A stretch of DNA of 45,567 bases from a virus (Duplodnaviria > Caudoviricetes). This document shows positions 38,565 through 45,253 of this stretch, piece by piece (position 1 is the first letter of the stretch; each line of letters opens with the position of its first letter). The position numbers and the translations under genes were made by a program. The notes beneath the pieces are model-generated. The model was not told the DNA's origin and did no database searches. It saw nothing but the letters and a program-made list of their open reading frames with translations. The stretch is taken from IMG/VR virus record IMGVR_UViG_3300032318_001350, positions 1-45,567 of that record; one strand, written 5' to 3'.

Positions 38565-38843
38565 CTACAGGAGGCCGGACAGCTTGCCCGCCCCGCGCTC
38601 CGATTGCTCGGTGACGAGGCCCGCCTTTTTCAAGCGGTTGTAGGTGTTGTTCAGGTTCGCGTCGAACCGGAAGACGCCGCGCAGGTCAGCTGCGTCGAAC
38701 GCATCACCGCTGCGCTTGTGGTATTCCTCGACAACCAGCACGAAGTAATCCGCTGCGGTGTCTGTGTTCCATCGTCCGCCGGATTCGGCAACGAGGTTCT
38801 TCTTGTGTTCGTTCAGTGCGTTTTGGAACTCGATTTGATCCAT
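38565..38843 (-). CDS. 92-aa divergently transcribed early protein
   Basis: AGGAG SD, own promoter-motif copy upstream, hairpin downstream. Confidence 0.8.
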   Translation of the reverse strand: MDQIEFQNALNEHKKNLVAESGGRWNTDTAADYFVLVVEEYHKRSGDAFDAADLRGVFRFDANLNNTYNRLKKAGLVTEQSERGAGKLSGLL

Positions 38844-38900
38844 ATATATCTCCTATTATTTGTTTCGTTGTGATCGGCGGCGCCTTTGGCGTGCCGTTCA

Positions 38901-38923
38901 TATACTATCGTGCTTGATCCGAC
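38901..38923 (-). promoter_or_regulatory. promoter-like motif copy 1
   Basis: Minus strand GTCGGATCAAGC-AC-GATAGTATA. Confidence 0.7.
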
Positions 38924-39170
38924 GAAAACGCCACTTTGGGTAGCTCGGTATCAAATCGGACGATTCCGCAGGTGATAATCCACTCCCCCGTTGTCTGTGT
39001 GGCAGCTGTCGGGCGCGGGGACTTATGATTGCCCCAGATTGCCTGTCAGCGTTTATAAGCCCATAGAAGACCATGCCGTGCGCGCACGAGGTTGCCCGTA
39101 GCGGCGTTTTTATTACCCCGCTGCGGTGTCCATACCCCTGCCAGACCCGGCGCCGTGGCGGGCGGATAAA

Positions 39171-39395
39171 CGTCAGTCTGTCTGTCTGTGCGTCTGTCTA
39201 GTCCATCATGCGGTATGGTCAATGGTATTTCACTGTGACAGGGTGCAGTGAGGTAGCTTTCGGGGGTGTCGTGGGTGTTAGTAGTAAAAAAAAAAAAAAA
39301 AAAAAAATACAGATATATACCCTACCGCTCTGTCGTCCTTTAGAATGTCCCTCACCCCACAATGGCACGAACAGACGGACGGACGGACGGACGAC
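39171..39395. other. candidate replication origin: A22 tract flanked by (GTCT)n / (GACG)n imperfect inverted repeats
   Basis: A22 at 39286-39307; non-coding, between divergent promoter motifs. Confidence 0.45.
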
Positions 39396-39429
39396 CCTTG
39401 CCCCAGACTGTCGAACCTGCCTTGTGACT

Positions 39430-39452
39430 GTCGGATCAAGCGAGATGATATG
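39430..39452 (+). promoter_or_regulatory. promoter-like motif copy 2
   Basis: GTCGGATCAAGC-GA-GATGATATG. Confidence 0.7.
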
Positions 39453-39480
39453 TGACGGCGGTTTGCCGTTACCTAACAAT

Positions 39481-39762
39481 ATGATACAAACTAACGACAA
39501 AGGTCAAATCATCACTGACTGCCTTACGCTCATCCCAGCGTATGGTCGTCAGCCTCAAACAATGAAGGAAGCCAAAACGAGCTTCCTCAACGGCCAGGAT
39601 TGGGAACTTGTCCACCTGGGTTCATCCACGTATTGCAGCATCCGTGACTTCGCCCCAGGCACCTGGGTCACGTTGCGGTTCCGTCACCTTCGCAGTCTCA
39701 CGCATTGCAAAGTGCCGGCTGAGTTGCAAAAACCAACGCTCGAAGAGAAAGGAGGTGAATAA
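39481..39762 (+). CDS. hypothetical early protein (LTLIPAYGR motif); start 39481
   Basis: ATG just after the promoter-leader hairpin; the track's upstream extension runs through the A22 tract. Confidence 0.7.
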   Translation: MIQTNDKGQIITDCLTLIPAYGRQPQTMKEAKTSFLNGQDWELVHLGSSTYCSIRDFAPGTWVTLRFRHLRSLTHCKVPAELQKPTLEEKGGE

Positions 39763-39763
39763 C

Positions 39764-40156
39764 ATGAAAAAGCTCAAAGCAATCTTCATCGACGCGAACA
39801 GGAATTTGATCTCCGACATCGAGATTGATGACCACTTCGAAGAGATCAACAAGGCTATCGGCTGCGATATCTTTACACAGGGCATGCGCCTTGAAACTGG
39901 AGATATTATGTATGTAGACGATATGGGCTGGCTGGATCAGCGCGTTACTCGCGCCTTTGGATTCGGAGAAAACGTCTTTGCTGGCAACGCAGTGATACTT
40001 GGTATCAATCGTTCCAGCGGCGAGAGCCGCGACGTTAAGGCTAAGTCACTCGACGTTGCCGCGGATGTCCAGTTCGCACCAGTTGGCTGGACAATTAGTA
40101 AAGAAATGCGCGCGCAAATCCTTGCAGGAACGCACGTCATTCCCCTGGTTAGCTGA
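39764..40156 (+). CDS. DUF3846-like early protein
   Basis: GGAGGTG SD; AIFIDA...IGC...MYVDDMG...FAGNAVILG pattern. Confidence 0.7.
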   Translation: MKKLKAIFIDANRNLISDIEIDDHFEEINKAIGCDIFTQGMRLETGDIMYVDDMGWLDQRVTRAFGFGENVFAGNAVILGINRSSGESRDVKAKSLDVAADVQFAPVGWTISKEMRAQILAGTHVIPLVS

Positions 40157-40166
40157 CCTACACGCT

Positions 40167-40189
40167 GTCGGGTCAAGCATGATATATAG
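40167..40189 (+). promoter_or_regulatory. promoter-like motif copy 3
   Basis: GTCGGGTCAAGC-AT-GATATATAG. Confidence 0.7.
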
Positions 40190-40239
40190 CGTAGGGTAAT
40201 ACGCTGCCGCTCGGATAGCTGGGCGGCAGCAATTTCCTT

Positions 40240-40479
40240 ATGACAAAACGATACTACAATCAACTCGCCGCGCTTATCGCTCGGGAAGCCGACGAGTTCC
40301 CATACGACCCGAGTAACATACTCAGATTGCTCATGCTTGCTCGCAAGCTTTGCACGCTGTTTGCCAAACAAAACCTACAGTTTGATCGTGCGCGCTTTTT
40401 GCAGGCCTGTGGCTTGCATCACCACAAGATCTCACTACTCAAACTAGAAATAAAAGAATACAATGAGTCCACACATTAA
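40240..40479 (+). CDS. hypothetical early protein
   Basis: MTKRYY..LA..I...F...N..FDRARFLQACG, a pattern I recognise from small phage early proteins. Confidence 0.7.
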   Translation: MTKRYYNQLAALIAREADEFPYDPSNILRLLMLARKLCTLFAKQNLQFDRARFLQACGLHHHKISLLKLEIKEYNESTH

Positions 40480-40726
40480 CCCCGAAGATAAACTCACTCC
40501 AGCCAACACTGAGTCTATGGAGCGTTCAATTCGTGCTCTTGAAGATCACGGCTTTACGTTCGATTCCTGGCTCGAGGATGACCAAGGCCGCTGTGCGGTT
40601 TACACGTTCAAGCCTCAACCCTGGATCACAATGTTTGCCGAGATCGACCCGACTGGCTGCGTAAACACACAGCCGCTCAACGAGTATCTTCTCCGCAATC
40701 AAATCTTCCTTTTAATGCAATCATGA
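40463..40726 (+). CDS. hypothetical protein
   Basis: 87-aa ORF in the early operon. Confidence 0.65.
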   Translation: MSPHINPEDKLTPANTESMERSIRALEDHGFTFDSWLEDDQGRCAVYTFKPQPWITMFAEIDPTGCVNTQPLNEYLLRNQIFLLMQS

Positions 40727-40809
40727 GATACCCAGATATCTTCGATGTTGTAGTCGCCTTCGCAGCGTTCGTTATGTTCGGCTGGTTAGTCGACGCGTTT
40801 TACAAATAA
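40723..40809 (+). CDS. 28-aa single-TM peptide (not in ORF track)
   Basis: MRYPDIFDVVVAFAAFVMFGWLVDAFYK; ATGA-coupled. Confidence 0.55.
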   Translation: MRYPDIFDVVVAFAAFVMFGWLVDAFYK

Positions 40810-40814
40810 CTATG

Positions 40815-40829
40815 GTTCAATCTTTGAAC
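40815..40829. promoter_or_regulatory. palindromic site GTTCAA-tct-TTGAAC
   Basis: Perfect copy in the intergenic gap 4 nt before ATG 40834. Confidence 0.7.
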
Positions 40830-40833
40830 TACT

Positions 40834-41061
40834 ATGCAAAATAAAACACTCAATCTTCAACTAGACACCCGACACTTCGGCGGGCCTCGGCGCAGCCGTA
40901 AATCCGCCGTAGCTGGTGTCTGTGAAACACTTGCAATCGGGCTCAAGCACGAGCGCAAAGACTGGTCTTGGGACAAAGGTGTCCGCCCCAAGCGCCTTAT
41001 GTTACTGGACACAACTAAACCTGAACGTGCCGTAGACCCGTTAATCTACGATCTCATATAA
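40834..41061 (+). CDS. hypothetical protein
   Basis: 75-aa ORF directly preceded by a GTTCAA-N3-TTGAAC site. Confidence 0.6.
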   Translation: MQNKTLNLQLDTRHFGGPRRSRKSAVAGVCETLAIGLKHERKDWSWDKGVRPKRLMLLDTTKPERAVDPLIYDLI

Positions 41062-41291
41062 TGGATCCCTACAAGACGAACGAAGAACGAGTAGTCGAGT
41101 TTATGAACTACTCACGTAATGGTGGCCTGTCTCAGGCTTTTGTCATTCACGCAATCAGCGCTTATGCTCAAAACATAACGCGTTTTGGCCTCCCGGCTTT
41201 GCGTGCTAAGTTACCATCCATGATGTCAGCAGAGTCTTGGTATGACTGTGCTGTTGAGTGGATTGATTCTAACAATCCGAAAGCGAAATAA
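41061..41291 (+). CDS. hypothetical protein
   Basis: TAATG-coupled; TNEERV..FM.YS..G.LSQAFV..AI pattern. Confidence 0.7.
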   Translation: MDPYKTNEERVVEFMNYSRNGGLSQAFVIHAISAYAQNITRFGLPALRAKLPSMMSAESWYDCAVEWIDSNNPKAK

Positions 41292-41710
41292 TGCAAACGT
41301 TCCTTCCATATTCCAACTATGGCCGCTGTGCCGAGGTGCTTGACAATAAGCGCCTCGGCAAGCAGCGTGTCGAGTGCTTGCAGATACTCAAAGCCCTCCT
41401 CGACCCATACGCTAAAGGCTGGACTAATCATCCAGCTGTGCGTATGTGGAGAGGTCACGAGCGTGAGCTTATCGACTACGGAGTTGTCATGTGTCAAGCC
41501 TGGCTTGGTCGTGGCTTCGACGACACTTGCCAAGGCAAGATTATGTCGTTCCTTCCAGAAACCACCGAAGACAGTCATCGTTTTCCCTCGTGGCTCGATG
41601 ACAGTCTTTGTCTCACTCATCAATCAAACCTCATCAGAAAAGATCCGGCTTTTTACGGCCCGCTTTTTCCTGGCGTCCCAAATAACCTTCCTTACGTTTG
41701 GCCAGTATGA
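41291..41710 (+). CDS. pyrimidine-dimer DNA glycosylase / endonuclease V-like (MSMEG_6728-type)
   Basis: MQTFLPY...LDNKRLGKQRVE..QIL...GW.NHPAVRMWRG...HQSNLIRKDP..Y...LPYVWP. Confidence 0.85.
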   Translation: MQTFLPYSNYGRCAEVLDNKRLGKQRVECLQILKALLDPYAKGWTNHPAVRMWRGHERELIDYGVVMCQAWLGRGFDDTCQGKIMSFLPETTEDSHRFPSWLDDSLCLTHQSNLIRKDPAFYGPLFPGVPNNLPYVWPV

Positions 41711-42072
41711 TAGACTTAACTAAATTCAATCCAGACAACGAGCATATCTTCTACATCGACGGAACCGCAGTGTTCTTTCGAGTCGAAGAAGATCGTGAAG
41801 AAGACTGTATCAAGCTCGACCACTTCTTTGTGGACGCGCATACAGGCGAGTATCACTCTAGCATGAACTGGACTCCATACGGCGTCCCTTCGTCGCTCGA
41901 GATTGAACAGTATATTAAGCTGGGCCGGCCTCGTGGTGTGATTGGTATCTCACACAAGTCGCCATATCCAACTCACTTCAATCTTGACCACGACTCGCTT
42001 GAGGCTGTTTGGTCGGGGCAAACCAAAGGTTGGAAAGGCTGGGACGCAATCATGCCAGTTAACCGCATATGA
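41707..42072 (+). CDS. hypothetical protein
   Basis: ATGA-coupled ORF. Confidence 0.65.
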   Translation: MIDLTKFNPDNEHIFYIDGTAVFFRVEEDREEDCIKLDHFFVDAHTGEYHSSMNWTPYGVPSSLEIEQYIKLGRPRGVIGISHKSPYPTHFNLDHDSLEAVWSGQTKGWKGWDAIMPVNRI

Positions 42073-42287
42073 AAACTAAATATATCATAACCGCGGAACC
42101 TGCGCAAGGGCAACCCAGATACTTCGGCTTTGTCAAGGGCAGTCCTTCGTGGACAATCGACCCCAAGCAAGCCTTCGTATTCCCTTCGTTATACTCAGTT
42201 AAGAGTATGCGTAAGGGGCTTTATCAAAAGGGTCTTGTTATAAGGGTAGTGGAACTACCAAGCAAGACACTGTCGGGTCAAGCGTGA
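42069..42287 (+). CDS. hypothetical protein
   Basis: ATGA-coupled 72-aa ORF. Confidence 0.6.
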   Translation: MKTKYIITAEPAQGQPRYFGFVKGSPSWTIDPKQAFVFPSLYSVKSMRKGLYQKGLVIRVVELPSKTLSGQA

Positions 42288-42294
42288 TAATGTA
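42272..42294 (+). promoter_or_regulatory. promoter-like motif copy 4
   Basis: GTCGGGTCAAGC-GT-GATAATGTA. Confidence 0.7.
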
Positions 42295-42340
42295 TGGAAC
42301 GCATAGCGTTACCTAAACTTTTGGAACGCGTGTTCCATTA

Positions 42341-42377
42341 CTCAGTTCGCTTCTGGTCTGAGAACTAAAACAGAAGC
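42341..42377 (+). promoter_or_regulatory. predicted H-type RNA pseudoknot in the 5' leader
   Basis: S1 CTCAG(42341-45)/CTGAG(42358-62); S2 GCTTCTG(42349-55)/CAGAAGC(42371-77); L3 AACTAAAA. Confidence 0.55.
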
Positions 42378-42399
42378 ACCTTAGAAGAAACCAAATAAT

Positions 42400-42990
42400 A
42401 TGGCTAATCGTAAGAACACAGTCCTCGGACTGGAATACACACTCGACGCTCCCACGACTATCGTGGAGGCTGTTGACATCTGCGGCGGTGACGAAGGTTT
42501 GCTCGTTGAGCATTTCGTCCAGAAACTCATCTACAACCATCACAACGCTGACGTTCGCGCCACGTTCTGTGAGAAGGTTGAAGAGCAGACGGGCATCGCT
42601 CGCAAGACCGATAAGAAGACCACGGCTGCCGGCAAGGAAGTCGAAGTCTACGCTGAGACCGAAACCGAATACTTCCAGCGCGTGCTGGCAGAGACGGGTT
42701 CGGAAGCTGACGAGTTCAGCAGCCTCATCCAAGAGGTTGCCGATGCTTGCCCGCTCGACGGCAAGAAGAAGGTTCGCGCCTCCGGTGCTGGCCCTCGTGT
42801 CGGCAAGACATTCCTCAAGCTCGCAGAGCAGATCATCGAGAAGGGCTCGCAAGAGAAAGCCGCCTCGGTGCTCAGCGCGGAGCTGGGACATTCGGTTGGA
42901 ACAGACGCGACCAGCCTCGCGATTGCGCTCAAGGAGCGCGACGACCGCAAGCGCCGCGAGTTCGCCGAGCAAGTCGGTGCGTTGCTGTAA
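42400..42990 (+). CDS. 196-aa helical hypothetical protein, apparently monocistronic and probably abundant
   Basis: Own promoter motif, structured leader, C/G-ending codon bias, terminator downstream. Confidence 0.85.
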   Translation: MANRKNTVLGLEYTLDAPTTIVEAVDICGGDEGLLVEHFVQKLIYNHHNADVRATFCEKVEEQTGIARKTDKKTTAAGKEVEVYAETETEYFQRVLAETGSEADEFSSLIQEVADACPLDGKKKVRASGAGPRVGKTFLKLAEQIIEKGSQEKAASVLSAELGHSVGTDATSLAIALKERDDRKRREFAEQVGALL

Positions 42991-43009
42991 TCGTTCAGCC
43001 GCCGCAAAC

Positions 43010-43049
43010 AGCCGGCAGGGGGAGCAATCCCCCTGTCGGTTATTTTTTT
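43010..43049 (+). terminator. Rho-independent terminator with GCAA tetraloop
   Basis: AGCCGGCAGGGGGA-GCAA-TCCCCCTGTCGGTT then ATTTTTTT. Confidence 0.9.
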
Positions 43050-43079
43050 CTCACGTTCAAACCATGAACACCAGTAACC

Positions 43080-43631
43080 ATGAGTAATCTACCATCCCAA
43101 CCTGCCGATTTCATTCGTTCTGAAGAAAGCGAGAAAGCTTTTCGTCGCTTCGAGCCCATCATACAAAACTTTGTCCGTTCATTTTCCCAGCGTGGCAGCG
43201 GTATCGTCGCTGACACTTTGCCTCTTTTATCTTCCACTTACTGCGTCCGCTTTCGTGACGCTGTTCGTGGTGCTTTGCGAGCCCAGTATTCTTCCGATAA
43301 GTTCAGCCTTGAAGAGTTGAAAGAAGCATGGGATAGCTGCGTTGTTAGGCAGATCTCCAAATATAAGGTTTATATCGGGCCTCCCGAGCAACGTGCCGGT
43401 CATGTCTTCATGGCTCAAGAGCTTGGCCAGCGTGACATCAATACTTTCAACGTTCACAACGTTGAGCAAGTTAAGGTTATCGTTGAGCTTTGTCGGCTTA
43501 ACTGTTCGACACCACTCAATAAACTTTCGGTCTTTGAAAACCACGAGGTCATCAAAGACTATCTTGAAACTAACCTCGACGAAGACAACTTCGCTCGTTG
43601 GGAAGACGCAAACACTGTAGTCATCGTATGA
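43080..43631 (+). CDS. hypothetical protein
   Basis: 183-aa ORF after the terminator. Confidence 0.75.
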   Translation: MSNLPSQPADFIRSEESEKAFRRFEPIIQNFVRSFSQRGSGIVADTLPLLSSTYCVRFRDAVRGALRAQYSSDKFSLEELKEAWDSCVVRQISKYKVYIGPPEQRAGHVFMAQELGQRDINTFNVHNVEQVKVIVELCRLNCSTPLNKLSVFENHEVIKDYLETNLDEDNFARWEDANTVVIV

Positions 43632-44050
43632 TTTTACCTAACCCATACCCCGACAAAGAATCTTGCCACAGAATCCAAGCGGATATTCCTGAGGCTGTAT
43701 TCCAACAACTGCTTAGGACATATCCAGGTCATGGTAATGTCCAAGCTATCATCAACACCCTGATCTTCGATCTTATCGAGGATCTCAATCAAGCAAACAT
43801 CAAGTATTATGAACTCGAACGAGAATCCGACATCCTCTGCCTGCTTATCAGACGAAGCACCTCTGCTAGCCCTACTCAAAGGGGCGCCGCACGAGCTGAC
43901 GCTGGAGGAAGTGGAAATGCAGATAGCAACGCTCCGAAGCGTAAAAGTCAACGGACACATTCTAACACAAGCAATCGAAAGGGAGGGAAAGAAAAAGGCA
44001 CCCCGCGGCAAAAAGGAAAAGCCGCAGGAACCTCTCTCAAATCTTCTTGA
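43628..44050 (+). CDS. hypothetical protein, N-terminus possibly ribbon-helix-helix-like
   Basis: ATGA-coupled start 43628; HRIQADIPEAVFQQLL...NVQAIINTLIFDLIE; low-complexity tail overlaps the next ORF. Confidence 0.55.
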   Translation: MILPNPYPDKESCHRIQADIPEAVFQQLLRTYPGHGNVQAIINTLIFDLIEDLNQANIKYYELERESDILCLLIRRSTSASPTQRGAARADAGGSGNADSNAPKRKSQRTHSNTSNRKGGKEKGTPRQKGKAAGTSLKSS

Positions 44051-44063
44051 TGGTCTTCTTTAG
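43809..44063 (+). CDS. hypothetical protein
   Basis: 84 aa, ELTLEEVEMQIATLRS helix, Lys-rich tail ending LLDGLL. Confidence 0.6.
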   Translation: MNSNENPTSSACLSDEAPLLALLKGAPHELTLEEVEMQIATLRSVKVNGHILTQAIEREGKKKAPRGKKEKPQEPLSNLLDGLL

Positions 44064-44093
44064 TCAACAACCAACCAACCACACCTGCACAAC

Positions 44094-45089
44094 ATGAGTA
44101 ACCTCATCGACATCAACATCCCAGTAGCCTCCGCTCCCGAGGAGCCTAAAGCACCGCGTCCTCCGCTCATCAACGAGCATGGAGTCATGCGTATCGACAA
44201 CTCATCACTCGAGCACTTCACAACCTGTGCCCGCAGCGCTGAATACTATCTCATTAACAACCGGCAACTCAATCGCTCTAAGTCTGCGCTCAACTTCGGT
44301 AGCGCGATTCACGAGTGTCTCGAGCTGCTCTATAGCTCACCCGAGGGCACTCCTCACTCTGAGCTTATCAATCAAGCCAAGCAAGTGATTGACCAGACTC
44401 CTGCGCCAGACGATGCAGACGACTTCCGCACTCCTCAGCGCGCGCTCGATACGTTCATCTCGTATCTCGCCGTTAACGAGTTTGAGCCGTTTACTATCGC
44501 CAAGTCACCAGAAGGCAAGCCGCTCATCGAGCTGTATTTCGAGATCCCTCTCGGCTCCGTTGAGTTCCTCTCTGAGTTCAACGGCAAGCAGCATACTCAC
44601 GTAGACGTTGTATGGTCAGGCCGGATAGATGCAATCATCGAGATGGACAATAAGCTGTGGATTATGGATCATAAGACCACCACAATCCTCGGTGAAAACT
44701 TCTTTGCTGACTTCCTCAACTCCCAGCAGACCATCGGTTATACTTGGGCCGCGCAGCAGCTCATCGGCAAGCCTATCGAGGGCTTGTATCTCAATGCTAT
44801 CGCTATCCGCAAGCAGACCAAGACTGGCACGCCGTTTGAAGTCCATCGCAAGCGTTTCCCTTACGAGCAAGAGCGTATCGCAGAGTGGACTCACAACACG
44901 CTTACGCTCGTGTCAGACTTTCTGTCGCACTACGACCGGAATTTCTTCCCGATGGAGACTAAGTGGTGCGTGGGGAAATATGGCAAGTGTCCTTACTTCG
45001 ATGTTTGCACATTGCCTAAGCCGCAGCGCGCTGCCATGCTCGCCTCCAACTTCTATCGTGACGTAACTTGGACTCCCAAGAATCGCTAA
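44094..45089 (+). CDS. PD-(D/E)XK (Cas4/RecB-like) exonuclease
   Basis: IDNSSL..F..C.R, FGSAIH, GRID...IMDHKTT, C-terminal C....GKCPYFDVC. Confidence 0.88.
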   Translation: MSNLIDINIPVASAPEEPKAPRPPLINEHGVMRIDNSSLEHFTTCARSAEYYLINNRQLNRSKSALNFGSAIHECLELLYSSPEGTPHSELINQAKQVIDQTPAPDDADDFRTPQRALDTFISYLAVNEFEPFTIAKSPEGKPLIELYFEIPLGSVEFLSEFNGKQHTHVDVVWSGRIDAIIEMDNKLWIMDHKTTTILGENFFADFLNSQQTIGYTWAAQQLIGKPIEGLYLNAIAIRKQTKTGTPFEVHRKRFPYEQERIAEWTHNTLTLVSDFLSHYDRNFFPMETKWCVGKYGKCPYFDVCTLPKPQRAAMLASNFYRDVTWTPKNR

Positions 45090-45091
45090 TT

Positions 45092-45253
45092 ATGAAAGAT
45101 ACAATACATGATGAGTGGACTTTTAAGTCTACTCCTGAGTATGTCCCGAAACAACAACTGCTAGAAGCACAAAAAGTTATTGAGATACTTCTAAAATGTT
45201 TGCACGAAACGACCACTCCCGCGCTAACACCTATCATCAGGAGATCAAAATGA
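45092..45253 (+). CDS. hypothetical protein
   Basis: 53-aa ORF, ATGA-coupled to the 45250 ORF. Confidence 0.5.
   Translation: MKDTIHDEWTFKSTPEYVPKQQLLEAQKVIEILLKCLHETTTPALTPIIRRSK

Noticed and set aside
39208-39480. Poly-Lys N-terminal extension of ORF 39208..39762 and antisense poly-Phe ORF 39219..39500
   Set aside because: These just translate the A22 tract and GACG repeats; the promoter motif at 39430 points to a start at 39481.
44094-45089. Cas4 / CRISPR-Cas system
   Set aside because: No array or other cas genes; context with Sak4-like ATPase and SSB indicates a recombination exonuclease.
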